Of a stretch of DNA of 64,000 nucleotides, positions 9,058 through 19,396 are shown one piece after another. The DNA lies in contig CAVZYA010000001.1 of assembly GCA_963779415.1 (NCBI GenBank), positions 1,824,001 to 1,888,000 of the forward strand. The letters are read 5' to 3'. A program made the translations under genes and the position numbers. This stretch comes from an uncultured Acidobacteriota bacterium (GTDB taxonomy: Bacteria > Acidobacteriota > Thermoanaerobaculia > UBA5066). The first letter of the stretch is position 1. The number at the start of each line of letters is the position of its first letter. The notes below the pieces were generated by a model. It was not told the DNA's origin, ran no database searches, and was given only the letters and a program-made list of their open reading frames with translations.

Positions 9058-10343
9058 TGAAGCAGGTTCCCACCGAACCCCAGTGACACGGCCCAGCGGA
9101 AGAAGGAACGGTCGTTACCCGGCACGTTGGAATTGTAGCGACTTTCCGTGGTGACGAAGCTCAAGCGGAACCTGGACGTGATGAGGAAATCCAGGCCTCC
9201 CCCGTACTCCCTGACATCGTCCTTCCGATAGACGCTCTGGCCGTCGGGAAGCAGGGTGAGAGTCGTGTAACTGTCGTCGCCCAGATCGCCGAAGCCCCGC
9301 AGCTTCAGCCGCCAGCCAATGTTGAAGGTGATCCCTCCTCCGTACCGCGTCGAGATGAAGTAGGGGCTGCTCGTGCCGTAGTTCAGGGTCCGGCCACCGA
9401 GAGCGTTCAGGTCGAGCCAGGGAAAGAGCGAATACGTGGCGGCGCCGCCGCCGGTGAAGCCGGTAAAGGGCGGGATCGTGGAGCCATGGATCGGCTTTCC
9501 TTCCCGGTATCCGCCGGAGAAGTTCAGGAAGAACTTCGGCTGACTGAAATAGACGCTGCCGATGATCGCCCTCGTCTGGTTGTCGTACTGCTCCGGCGAG
9601 TAGACGAATTCGGCTTTCGTCTCTTCGGCCCCTGCGGCGATCGTCAGGCCTTCGAGCCACTTGTATCGAAGCTCGGCGCGGACGAGATAGGTCGTCCGAT
9701 CGGTCACGAAGGGGTCCAGGACCGCCCCCGGGGCTCCGGGGCCCGTGTATTGAAACCATTGGACGCGGCCCCCGCCGTAAAGGTAGAGCCGGGTCAGGAG
9801 ACGGTACTCCGCGCCCAGCCCCGCCGTCGACAGGTTCTGGATCACTCGCTGCTGGTTCTCCGTCGAGAAGAGAACGTCCTGTTTGGAGTACCCACCCCCC
9901 CCTTCGACCGTCAGCCGGTTCGCGAAGAGAATGAACGACCCGTCATATTCGCCGCCGAAGAATCGCCGCTCCTGGAGCGTCGCGTACCACGTGTACGCCG
10001 GAAGAACCGTGGCGCGGATGAAAAAGTTCCGCGAAACCGGGGCGATGAGTCCCAGCCCGGCCGCGATCGTCATCCGGAAGTCTCCGACCGGATTCTCAGT
10101 AGTCCCACCGACATTGTTGTCGTACGTCGCGTCCGTGACGTAGAGGCCGGGAGTGAGCCGGACGGGGCCAAGGCTGTAGCGGCTCGCGGCCAGCTCCCCG
10201 TCGATGGACTCCCGAGCCGTGACGACACGCTCGGTGGCGATCTCGTCCGTCGGAATCTGACCGGAAACCGTCCGACACACGACAAGGAGGAAGAGCACGG
10301 CCAGAGCGCGGCAACCCGTCCACGCCGCTCTCCACGATTTCAT
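9054..10343 (-). CDS. Outer-membrane beta-barrel protein (BBP2/EpsX-like, polysaccharide associated)
   Basis: True start is probably MKSWRAAW (ATGA overlap with the upstream stop); signal peptide, YDNNV motif, many alternating Tyr/Gly amphipathic strands; translationally coupled to the OPX gene. Confidence 0.78.
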   Translation of the reverse strand: MKSWRAAWTGCRALAVLFLLVVCRTVSGQIPTDEIATERVVTARESIDGELAASRYSLGPVRLTPGLYVTDATYDNNVGGTTENPVGDFRMTIAAGLGLIAPVSRNFFIRATVLPAYTWYATLQERRFFGGEYDGSFILFANRLTVEGGGGYSKQDVLFSTENQQRVIQNLSTAGLGAEYRLLTRLYLYGGGRVQWFQYTGPGAPGAVLDPFVTDRTTYLVRAELRYKWLEGLTIAAGAEETKAEFVYSPEQYDNQTRAIIGSVYFSQPKFFLNFSGGYREGKPIHGSTIPPFTGFTGGGAATYSLFPWLDLNALGGRTLNYGTSSPYFISTRYGGGITFNIGWRLKLRGFGDLGDDSYTTLTLLPDGQSVYRKDDVREYGGGLDFLITSRFRLSFVTTESRYNSNVPGNDRSFFRWAVSLGFGGNLLQ

Positions 10344-10977
10344 TGAAGGGGTCGTCCGGTCTTGCCGACCAGAGCCTGTGCTGCCTTTTCGACGTCGGCC
10401 CGCTTTCGGAACTCTTCCGGAATCTTGGGCCACGAGCCCTGGGCCCCCTTCCAGTCCTTCGTTTCGACCTGACAGACGAAGAGGTCGGCAAAGAGTTCGG
10501 GATGGCTCGTCCAATCCTCGCTCGGCACCTTCGCCAGCTTGTCGAGCAGCTCCCGGCAATGGTGCAGGGCGGCGCTCGCCAGCGAAGGGATCGAAATAAT
10601 CGTCTCGACGGGCACGCGAGCGAGGAGAACAGCCTCGAATTCCCGCCGCGATTCCCACGGGAGGTTCGCCTTCGCATAAGGAGCGAAGCGCCTTTCCGCT
10701 TCCAGGAAGCGATTCAGCGTCGCCTCGACGTCGGCCGGCCGCCTGGCGGCGTCGAGCGCCAGGGTGAGGTTGACGAGGCACTCCGAGAGGGGCTCGGCCT
10801 GATCCAGGAGACCGAAGCAGGCGATCCGGAGCTGGTCGATTGCCTCCGGAATCGCTTCGCCCGAAGAGCCTCCTCGCCTGCGCGGAGACGTTCGAGAGAG
10901 AAGTCGTCCGCGAAGAGAGATACCCGCGGGACCGCGAGAACGATTCCGAGGACAAGGGCCTGCAGGCGACGGCTCAT
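10340..10977 (-). CDS. Exported helical (TPR-like) protein, frameshift near 10848
   Basis: Signal peptide MSRRLQALVLGIVLA...; adding one C in TTCCGGAG gives …RFPEAIDQLRIACFGLLDQ…, continuous with ORF 10340-10615; helical repeat character. Confidence 0.6.
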
Positions 10978-10994
10978 CGTGAAAGAGTCTCCGA

Positions 10995-11735
10995 ATGACG
11001 ATCCTGGCGGCTGCGCGAAAGGGATTATGCCTTAGTGGACTAATCTATCCGAAAGTGAAACGAACCTCTTTGGCGCCCCGCAGCCGCGTCTGTCTCCTCT
11101 GGAAGCACCCCCTCGTCCTCGCGGAAGTGAGGCGGGTCCTCTCGGACGAGCCCGTCGAGCTTCTTCCGGTGAAGATCGACTCTTCCTTCTCGTCGTCCCT
11201 CGACGGCCTTCTTCCCCCGGAGACGCTTCTCTACGTGATCGACAGCGACATCCTCGGCTCGCGGACCGCCGCGCTCGTCACCGATGTTCTCGCGGCGAAC
11301 CCGGGAGCCAGACCGATCGTCATAGGGGACGATTTCAGCGAAGCGACGGCCTTCTCCCTGCTGCGTCTCGGCACGAAGGGAATCATCACGTACGCCGAGG
11401 TCACGGAGCGACTGCCGCGCATTCTCCAGGAGGTGAACGCCGGCGGCTTCTGGGTCCCGCGAACGCTCCTTTCACGCTTCGTGGACTCGACACGCCGGGA
11501 AAGCGTTCCTCCGCGTCCTCTGGGAAGGGAGCCGGCCCTGACGCCACGCGAGCGGGAGATCCTGAACGACCTGCTGCAGAACCTCTCGAACAAGGAGATC
11601 GCCCAGAAGCACCATATCTCCAGCCGTACCGCCAAGTTCCACGTCTCGAACGTGCTGGCGAAGCACGGCGTCAAGCGGCGTGCGGACCTCTTCCTCCTGA
11701 CTTTTCCCGAAAGAGGGGCATCTCAACCGACTTGA
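10995..11735 (+). CDS. LuxR/NarL-family transcriptional regulator with atypical receiver domain
   Basis: C-terminal HTH LTPREREIL..L.Q.LSNKEIA....ISSRTAKFHVSNVLAK.GV; receiver-like N-terminus; real start may be GTG at ~11055. Confidence 0.88.
   Translation: MTILAAARKGLCLSGLIYPKVKRTSLAPRSRVCLLWKHPLVLAEVRRVLSDEPVELLPVKIDSSFSSSLDGLLPPETLLYVIDSDILGSRTAALVTDVLAANPGARPIVIGDDFSEATAFSLLRLGTKGIITYAEVTERLPRILQEVNAGGFWVPRTLLSRFVDSTRRESVPPRPLGREPALTPREREILNDLLQNLSNKEIAQKHHISSRTAKFHVSNVLAKHGVKRRADLFLLTFPERGASQPT
11032..11043. promoter_or_regulatory. Palindrome TTAGT-GG-ACTAA in the divergent export-operon/luxR promoter region
   Basis: Perfect 5-bp inverted repeat in a locally AT-rich stretch between divergent starts. 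Confidence 0.3.
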
Positions 11736-13665
11736 CCGGGGAATCCAGCCGGGCCTCGGGCAGGAATTCGCTCAGGATGGCCCGAATCTCCCTTCCGTCC
11801 CCGAAGAAGGCCCTGTCCTCGAGCCGCACCAGAACGCCGATGAGCTTCTCGACATCCACGGGGGCGATCTTGCCGATGAGAATCCTCGGATGGCGGGTCT
11901 TTTCGAGCTGTTCCCCGCCAAGCTCGAGTTCTTCGGCCAGCTTCTCTCCCGGGCGGAGGCCGGTAAAGACGATCGGCATCTCCTCGAAAGGTTTCAGCCC
12001 CGTCAGCCTGATGAGGGCCGTCGCGACATCGAGGATCTTCACCTGCTCCCCCATCTCGAGGACCAGGATCTCGCCCCCCCGGCCGAGGGCACCGGCCTGC
12101 AGAACGAGCTGCGCAGCTTCCGGAATCGTCATGAAGTAGCGCTTCATTTCCGGGTGCGTGACCGTGACCGGTCCTCCGCTGGCGATCTGCTCCCGGAAGG
12201 TCGGGAGCACCGAGCCGGCGGAATCCATGACGTTCCCGAACCGGACGGCCATGAAGCGGGTCCCGTTCCGGCGGGCGAGGTCCTGGATCACGAGCTCGGC
12301 CACCCGCTTCGAGGCCCCCATGACCGAGCTCGGTTTTACCGCCTTGTCCGTCGAGATCAGGACAAAGGTCTCGACCCCGTGCTCGTGGGCCAGCTCGCCG
12401 AGCCGGCGCGTGGCGATGACGTTGTTCTTGATCGCCTCGGCCGGATTCGCCTCCATCATCGGGACGTGCTTGTGCGCCGCCGCGTGGAAGATGACGCCCG
12501 GCCGGTAACGTTCCAGGATCTGAGCCATCCGCGTCACGTCTCCGACGTCGGCCACGAGCGGTTCGACCGGGACGTCGTTGAACGTCCGGAGCCGGCGTTT
12601 CAGCTCCTGCTCGATCTCGAAGAGCGCGAACTCGGCCCTCTCCACGAGGAGGATCCGTGCCGGCCGGAAACTGGCCACCTGGCGCGCCAGCTCCGATCCG
12701 ATGGAGCCTCCGGCTCCCGTGACGAGGACCGTCTTCCTTTCGAGGAATGCGCTCACGAGCATCTCGTCCAGCACCACCGGTGGCCGCTCGAGAAGATCCT
12801 CGACCTTCACGTCCCGGATTCGCGTCACCTTCACCTTCCCCTCGAGGACCTCGGAGAAGCCGGGAATGATCCGGCAGGACACAGGAATCAGCTGGCACAG
12901 CTCGATCAGCTTCAGGATTTCCTTACGCGAGATCTGGGCGATGGTGATGATGACCTGCGAGATCCCGAGTTCTTTTACGAGGCGCGGAAGGTCGGCACGG
13001 GTCCCGAGGACGGGGATGCCGTAGATGACCATTCCCTGTTTCCTGGGGTCGTCGTCGAGGAAGCCCCGGACGTCGAGGTTGGTGTCGGTCCGCCCTTCGA
13101 TTTCACGCGCCGCGAGGACACCCGCCTCCCCGGCTCCGAAGAAGAGGGTCGGCGCGCGCTCCCCTGATGTGGACCGCACGCGGCGCCGCTTCCTATCCTC
13201 CGCCTCCCAGAGGGCCCGCCGCGCCACCCGGAGGCCCAGAACCCCCAGGAAGCCGAGGATCGTTCCCATCAGAATGACGGATAGGGGGACGCGCCAGTCG
13301 CCGAACCGGTTCGGCAGCGCAAGACGGAGAGCCGTGAGGACGACCGACGACCAGAAGAACGCGATCAGGAAGGAACGCACCTCCCTCATGCCGACATAGC
13401 GCCAGATGAAGCTGTAGACGCCAGCCAGAGAGAGTGCAACGACCTGTATCAGAACCACATAGGGGAGCTGGACGAGGGCGCCCATCAGGACCTTTTCCGG
13501 TATCACGAACTCGAATCGCACGAGGTACGCGACCAGGAAACTCGCTGGCAGAACCAGCAGATCGAGGACGAACTGCATCTTCCGGGTCAGAAAGCCCAGT
13601 GGAATATTTCCCCCATCGAGGGAGAAAAATCTTCCCCAGCGGCCCTTCGGCGAGACCGGGGGCAC
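11671..13665 (-). CDS. Membrane-bound UDP-GlcNAc 4,6-dehydratase (CapD/WbpM/PglF family)
   Basis: Four N-terminal TM helices, GAGEAG, GF.DDD..K, EDLL.R, VLVTGAGGSIGSEL, HAAAHKHVP.ME, STDKAV.P..VMGASKR, VRFGNV..S.GSV, GLRPGEKL.EEL. Confidence 0.93.
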   Translation of the reverse strand: MPPVSPKGRWGRFFSLDGGNIPLGFLTRKMQFVLDLLVLPASFLVAYLVRFEFVIPEKVLMGALVQLPYVVLIQVVALSLAGVYSFIWRYVGMREVRSFLIAFFWSSVVLTALRLALPNRFGDWRVPLSVILMGTILGFLGVLGLRVARRALWEAEDRKRRRVRSTSGERAPTLFFGAGEAGVLAAREIEGRTDTNLDVRGFLDDDPRKQGMVIYGIPVLGTRADLPRLVKELGISQVIITIAQISRKEILKLIELCQLIPVSCRIIPGFSEVLEGKVKVTRIRDVKVEDLLERPPVVLDEMLVSAFLERKTVLVTGAGGSIGSELARQVASFRPARILLVERAEFALFEIEQELKRRLRTFNDVPVEPLVADVGDVTRMAQILERYRPGVIFHAAAHKHVPMMEANPAEAIKNNVIATRRLGELAHEHGVETFVLISTDKAVKPSSVMGASKRVAELVIQDLARRNGTRFMAVRFGNVMDSAGSVLPTFREQIASGGPVTVTHPEMKRYFMTIPEAAQLVLQAGALGRGGEILVLEMGEQVKILDVATALIRLTGLKPFEEMPIVFTGLRPGEKLAEELELGGEQLEKTRHPRILIGKIAPVDVEKLIGVLVRLEDRAFFGDGREIRAILSEFLPEARLDSPVKSVEMPLFREKSGGRGPHAA

Positions 13666-13812
13666 CGGCTTTGATCCCGACCCGAACCTGACAGAAATTG
13701 TCGTTTCCTCCAGTCAGGAACACTAAATCTTGACAGGCGGAACCTCTCTCCGCCCCGATACGCGGTACCTGGTCTAGCTTACACGAAAGATCCGTGCCAG
13801 ATGAGATCCCTT

Positions 13813-14475
13813 CTACGTTTGATGTCTGTCGGGGACCCGCCCGGTTTCAAGGTCCTCCTTCGTGACGTCGGGGATACAGACGAGGTTTACGACGGCCAGA
13901 AGCGTTCTTGCGATGACGGCGAGGTCCGTCCAGGCGGTCCGGTTCTGGATGTAATCCATGTAGCCGTGTAACTTGAACGGCTGGAGCTTCTCCCGGTAGA
14001 ACCGCTCGCGGTCACCCGCCACTCCGGCCAGAAGCGCTTCCTCGTTCTTCAGCGCCAGCGCCACCGGGTCGGTGATTCCCGGCCGAACGCTCAGGACACG
14101 CCGCCATGTCTCGCTTGCGAGGTCGACGAAAGCCGGAACCTCGGGACGCGGCCCGACGAACGACATCTCTCCTTTCAGGACGTTCCAGAGCTGCGGCAGC
14201 TCGTCGAGCTTCAGCCGGCGTAAGACGCGTCCGACCCGGGTCACCCGGGTATCTCCGGCCGCCGTCACTTCCGGCCCGTCGCCCGCCCTCATCGTCCGGA
14301 GCTTCCAGAGAAAGAACCGTCGGCCGCCGCGGCCGACCCTCTCGTGACGAAACAGCGCCGGCCCCGTGGAATCGAGAACGACCGCGAGGCCGGCAACGAG
14401 GAGAAACGGCGACGCGAGAACGAGACCTCCCAGCGACAGGACGACCTCCACACCCCGCGGGAGACCTCCTCGCAT
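13813..14475 (-). CDS. Initiating phosphoglycosyl transferase (Bac_transf, PglC/WcaJ-like small form)
   Basis: [53 protein letters not shown]; start at MRGGLPR. Confidence 0.92.
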   Translation of the reverse strand: MRGGLPRGVEVVLSLGGLVLASPFLLVAGLAVVLDSTGPALFRHERVGRGGRRFFLWKLRTMRAGDGPEVTAAGDTRVTRVGRVLRRLKLDELPQLWNVLKGEMSFVGPRPEVPAFVDLASETWRRVLSVRPGITDPVALALKNEEALLAGVAGDRERFYREKLQPFKLHGYMDYIQNRTAWTDLAVIARTLLAVVNLVCIPDVTKEDLETGRVPDRHQT

Positions 14476-14510
14476 GGGCTTCTCAGGCCCCGGGCGGGCG
14501 AGCGTTCCAG

Positions 14511-15776
14511 TCACTTCCCGGCCCGGAAGGCTCCGGACGTTGCCACCACAGCCCTGCGTCGGAATCGTCTGCAGAGTTCCCGGACGGTCCCGACGACGTG
14601 GCCCACTTCGCGCCTGCGCATGCCCGGGAAGATAGGAAGGCTCACGAGCCGGGGCCAGAGGGCCGTCGCCACGGGGAGGTCCCGCGCGCGCCAGCCGAAG
14701 ATCTTCTGGTAGTACGGATGGAGATGAAGCGGCCGCCAGTGAACGGAGCAGCCGACGCCCGCCTTCTTCAGTTCCTCCATGAATCGATTGCGGTCTATGG
14801 AGAGCCGCTCGAGGCACAGCCGGATCGGAAAGAGGTGCCAGGCGTGGATCCGGTCCGCCGGGTCTGGAGGAAGCTCCAGCTCTTCGATCGCGGTCAGCTC
14901 CTCGCGGTACCGGATCGCCACGGCCTCCCGCGCACGCCGCATCTCCTCGGCCCTTTCCAGCTGGTGAATCCCGATCGCCGCCGCGATATCCGTGAGGTTG
15001 TACTTGAAGCCCGGCGCCAGGATCCGGTAGTCCCAGCTTCCGCTCCCCGAGTACCTCCCCCACGCATCGTGCGAGAGCCCGTGAAGGGACATGAGCCGCA
15101 TCCGGTCGGCCAGGGCCCGGTCAGCCGTCACGGACATCCCCCCCTCGCCCGTCGTGATCGTCTTGTTCGCGTAGAAGGAGAAGCAAGACACGGCTGACGT
15201 GTTCTCGCCGCATCGCCGCCACCGAGAGCGATTCGATCCCCGGTAGGCCGCGGGGAAGGCGTGAGCGGCGTCCTCCACGACCCAGAGATTCCTGCTCTTC
15301 GCCCACGCCGAGACGGCGTCCATGTCGAGCATCAGCCCGCCTACGTGCACCGGGATGATTCCGACGGCCTTCGCATCACGCGGCAGTTTCGGCGAGAGGC
15401 GACTCGACCGAAGATTCTCCAGTTTCCGTGATGCATCTGTCAGGTCGAGGTTCCCGGTCACCGGATCGCAGTCGACGAGAACCGGCACGGCCCCCAGATA
15501 CCGCACTACCTCTGCCGTCGCGGCGAACGTCATCGTCGGGACGAGAACCGCCTGCCCGGCCTTCAGACCCAGGGCTTCCACGGCCAGATGGAGAGCCGCT
15601 GTCGCCGAGTTGACGGCGACGGCATGCCGGCCGCCCACGGCGGTGCAGAAGTTCTCCTCGAAGCGTTTCGCGCGCGGTCCCGTCGTCAGCCAGCCCGACT
15701 TCAGGGTGGCGACGACCTCGTCGATCTCTCCCGCCAGAAGGTCGGGACGGAAAAAGGGAACCGAACTCTTCTTCAC
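14511..15776 (-). CDS. DegT/DnrJ/EryC1/StrS PLP-dependent sugar aminotransferase
   Basis: SGWLTTGP, NSATAALHLA, TFAATA, EDAAHA, FSFYANKTITTGEGG (PLP lysine), GFKYNLTD; GTG start assumed. Confidence 0.94.
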   Translation of the reverse strand: MKKSSVPFFRPDLLAGEIDEVVATLKSGWLTTGPRAKRFEENFCTAVGGRHAVAVNSATAALHLAVEALGLKAGQAVLVPTMTFAATAEVVRYLGAVPVLVDCDPVTGNLDLTDASRKLENLRSSRLSPKLPRDAKAVGIIPVHVGGLMLDMDAVSAWAKSRNLWVVEDAAHAFPAAYRGSNRSRWRRCGENTSAVSCFSFYANKTITTGEGGMSVTADRALADRMRLMSLHGLSHDAWGRYSGSGSWDYRILAPGFKYNLTDIAAAIGIHQLERAEEMRRAREAVAIRYREELTAIEELELPPDPADRIHAWHLFPIRLCLERLSIDRNRFMEELKKAGVGCSVHWRPLHLHPYYQKIFGWRARDLPVATALWPRLVSLPIFPGMRRREVGHVVGTVRELCRRFRRRAVVATSGAFRAGK

Positions 15777-15783
15777 GCTGCCC

Positions 15784-17092
15784 TCACGTACGACCCCCAT
15801 CGGGACGTCCCTCTCGGCGGAAGAGCCTCACGCTGCGCGCCAGTTCAGTTCGCACAGGAAACGACGCCGGCACAATTGCGAAGGAGAGAGCGATCACCGG
15901 CACGACGTACCGCACGATCGAGAGGGAGACGAACGCCATCGTCCAGAACAAGACGCAGCATCCCACGAGCAGCGAAGCGAGCCGGGCTGGTTCGGGTCCC
16001 TGTGCCCATGCCCTGTATCCAGACCACGCCAGCAGAGCCAGATACGGAATCTGGAGCAGTGCAATGGCCGTTTCATGGCGACGGCTGTCCGTCGCATACC
16101 AGACGCGAACCGCTTTCCAGGCGAGGAGTTTCGCCACCGCGAGCGGCTGTTTCACTGCTTCACGCGCCGAGAGCGATCCCACGTCCCCGAGGGTCCTCAG
16201 CTCCCGATAATGCTCTTCGATTTCAGCGGTCAACTCTGCGACGTCTGTCGGGCACCGCCTTCCTCTCCCTCCAGTCCTTTCGTGTGCCCGCAAACACCAG
16301 GCCATCACGAACTGTAGCGACGCCACCCGTGCTCAGCGGAATCACTCTTCCAGTCTGGGTGAAGGCCCACACTTCCCACGGCAAGACGACGAGAACATTT
16401 CCCAGAAGGAGAATTCCCGCGATCAAGGCGCCATGCCAGCGCGAACCGCGGCCCCACGACCACGCGAAAGAGGCGAAAAGAAATCCCGCCCCGATCGCGA
16501 TCGGACGGACGAGCATGGAGAGCCCCGTCAACATGCCGGCCGTGAGAGCGAGACCGTACCGACTCTCCGCCTCCAACGCGACTCCAGAACGCGAGCACGC
16601 GGCCGAGAAGAGCGCCAGAAACGGTAGATCACTGCTCGGCTGCTTGCACAACCAGAGAAGAAGCGGATAGGTCGCAACGAGCGCCGGGGCCAACAGCGCC
16701 CGCCTCCCCGGCCAGACCTCCTGGAAAGCTCGAAAACACACAAAGCTGCCAGACCGACCGAGATCGCCGAAAGCACTCCGATCGCCTGCGGCTCGGAGAT
16801 TCTCGATGCGCCAGCCGATCAGGAATGTCCCTGCCACGATCACGGATAGCCGGGCGGATACCGCAACGCGGGGCTGCCGTCCGCCAGCACGAGACCACGC
16901 CCTCGAGGAGATTTCGCGCGACGGTTCGTAGAACGACGTAAAGTCCGAATTCTCGTTCACGGCCTTGGCGCCCGGAAGGGCCGCACGAAAACCCAACACG
17001 GCAAGCACAGCTAGGACGAACACAACGACGCCGACGAGCCGGGGCGCGGCGCCGTGTCCGGACAAGGGCCAGGGGTCATGAACGCTTCTCAC
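15784..17092 (-). CDS. GT-C-like (ArnT/PMT-like) multi-pass membrane protein, several frameshifts
   Basis: Pieces across frames: TM then SDFTSFYEP; RYPPGY at ~16845-16865 in another frame; AGMLTGLSMLVRP; PW..W; C-terminal RYVVPV. Layout typical of lipid-linked-donor transferases. Confidence 0.62.
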
Positions 17093-17094
17093 AG

Positions 17095-18176
17095 TTAAAG
17101 CCTCTTCGATCCGACGATGATGTCCACGATCCGGACGCTCGCCTGGCCGTCCCAGAGCGGCACTTCCCGGGCAGCATTCCACCTCCCGTCCAGGATCTCT
17201 TTCGCGCTCGCCTCGATAGCCTCGGCCGATGTCCCCACAAGGCGGTTTGTCCCATGTGTCAACGTGACCGGCCTTTCCGTGTTCAGGCGCAGGGTCAGAC
17301 AGGGGATGCCGAGTGCGGTCGTCTCCTCCTGAATTCCACCGGAGTCGGTCAATACGAACCGGGCCGGCGCCATCAGACCAAGGAACGCTACATACGGCAA
17401 CGGTTCGCAGAACCGCACGTCGTCCGTCGCAACGATGCCCGCCACTTCGAGGCGGGTTTTCGTTCTGGGATGTACCGGAAAGAGGATTGGAATGCTCGCT
17501 GATACGCCCTTGACCGCCTCCATGAGACCCGTAAGCGCTGCGGTTGAATCGACGTTCGAAGGACGGTGAAGGTTAACAGAGCATAACCGTCAGGCCTGAG
17601 CCCGAAATCCGCCCACGGCGCGCGCTCCAACGCGACCGAGACGTGTTTCTTCAGAGTATCGACCATGCAGTTGCCCACGAAGTACACACGTTCCCGGGGA
17701 ATCCCTTCTAGCGCGAGGTTTTCGTTGGCGCTCTCTTCCGTCGTGAACAGGTAGTCAGAAAGGTGGTCCGTGACGACACGGTTGATCTCTTCCGGCATGG
17801 TCCGGTCGAACGAGCGAAGTCCCGCCTCAACATGCCCCAGCGGGATTCTCTCTTTCGCTGCGACGAGCGCGACGGCGGCTGTCGAGTTCACATCTCCTCC
17901 GACGAGGATCAGATCGGGGCGCCGTTCGCGGCAAACGTCCTCGAAGGCCATCATGATTCGCGCAGTCTGGCGTGCGGGCGTGTCAGATCCGACGTCTAAG
18001 TCCACGTCCGGCCGGGGCATTTCAAGTTCGTCAAAGAACACGCGGGACATGTTGTCGTCGTAATGTTGCCCCGTGTGGACGAAGTAATGCCCGATCCCTC
18101 GCTTCCGGATCTCCCCGACGACCGGCGCCATCTTCATGAAGTTGGGCCGGGCCCCCACGACACTGCAGATCAGCAT
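17095..18176 (-). CDS. wecB: UDP-N-acetylglucosamine 2-epimerase (non-hydrolysing), frameshift at ~17571
   Basis: VGARPNFMKMAP, HTGQHYD, HVEAGLRSFD..MPEEINR, GN.M.D; one missing C restores TLHRPSNVD; second part has PVHPRT, TDSGGIQEE, TERP.T, WDG.AS.RI. Confidence 0.93.
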
Positions 18177-19396
18177 GCCCCAAGACTCTCCAGATGGTGG
18201 ATGAAGGCATCGGCGATCGTCCGGCGGTCGAAGTCTCGGAGGGCCGCCGCGCGGCCGGCACGACCGAGTTCAGCACGATTACTTGCACTCGAAGAGAGTT
18301 CGCGCAGCGCCGCCACGATACCGTCGATGTCGCCCGGTGCGACGACCCGGCCCGCGCCCGAGTCGCTCACGAGCGTTGCTGCCTCGCCCTCTGCCACCAG
18401 CAGGATGGGTACTCCGACCCCCATAGCCTCGTAAATTTTAGATGGAACCGCCCCGGGCAGCGATACTCCGAGAGGTACGAGCGCGATGCCAGCCGAGGCG
18501 AGGAGCTCCGGTATCGCCTCCCGCGGGAGGGCCTCGACGAAGTGCACTCGCTGGAGGTCCAACGTCTGGCTCCGGGCCATCAGACGCTCCTTTTCGGGAC
18601 CGTCTCCCACGAAAACAAATTCCAGCCCGTCGACGTCTCGCAACCGTGCCGCGGCTTCGAGAATCTGCTCGAGGCCCTGTGCAATCCCGTGCAGCCCCGC
18701 GTACATGGCAACGCAAGCATTCTTCTTCACTCCTCCAACCAGAAGCCTTTTCCAAACCGTTTCGGACCGGCTGGCCGGACTGAAAAGCTCCGTGTCGACA
18801 CCATTCGACAAATGATACAGGGGGACTGACGGGAACCGGCCCCGGATATTCGCCATGATCTCCCGACTCTGCCCAGTCACAAGCCAGGCATTGCGGTAGC
18901 AGAACGCTTCCAGGGTATGGGCGAGCTTGAGACCCCATCCGTCCGACACCACGCCCAAACGAACGGCACTCTCGGGCCAGAGGTCCGAGACGTTGAAGAT
19001 CCAGCGCGCCCGCGTCCGAAGCGCGAGCAGCCATCCGGAGATCCCGAGAAAAAGAGGGGGGCTCTCGGTCATCAAATAGTCAAGCCGCCCGAGACAGAAA
19101 AGGCCGACCCCCAGGGAAGAGAGAACGAATGAGAGATAGGATGCCAGACGCGGCCGAAGGCGAGCGCTCTGCGCAGTGTATAGCCAGCAGCGAATCACGG
19201 AGACTCCGTCGCGCGTTTCCCGGCGTAGAAAACCGCGATAGCCTGGAAATATCCGACCCCGCGGATAGTTCGGCATCGCCGTAAGCACGACCACCTCGTG
19301 CCCGTGCCGCACGAACTGGCCGGCAAGATGCGAGAGCCTTGCCTGCGGCGCTCCCATCTCCGGCGGGTAGTACTGGGTCAGGATTCCTATTCTCAT
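18170..19396 (-). CDS. Glycosyltransferase family 4 (WbuB-like)
   Basis: TQYYPPE.GA, PNYP.G, ESPPL, DLWPES, YAG.HG.AQGL, GDG.E, PSK.YE.M..G.P. Confidence 0.92.
   Translation of the reverse strand: MRIGILTQYYPPEMGAPQARLSHLAGQFVRHGHEVVVLTAMPNYPRGRIFPGYRGFLRRETRDGVSVIRCWLYTAQSARLRPRLASYLSFVLSSLGVGLFCLGRLDYLMTESPPLFLGISGWLLALRTRARWIFNVSDLWPESAVRLGVVSDGWGLKLAHTLEAFCYRNAWLVTGQSREIMANIRGRFPSVPLYHLSNGVDTELFSPASRSETVWKRLLVGGVKKNACVAMYAGLHGIAQGLEQILEAAARLRDVDGLEFVFVGDGPEKERLMARSQTLDLQRVHFVEALPREAIPELLASAGIALVPLGVSLPGAVPSKIYEAMGVGVPILLVAEGEAATLVSDSGAGRVVAPGDIDGIVAALRELSSSASNRAELGRAGRAAALRDFDRRTIADAFIHHLESLGAC

Noticed and set aside
13784-13800. Sigma-54-like TGGCACGGATCTTTCG on the minus strand
   Set aside because: The -24 element is good but the essential -12 GC is replaced (TTTC instead of TTGC).
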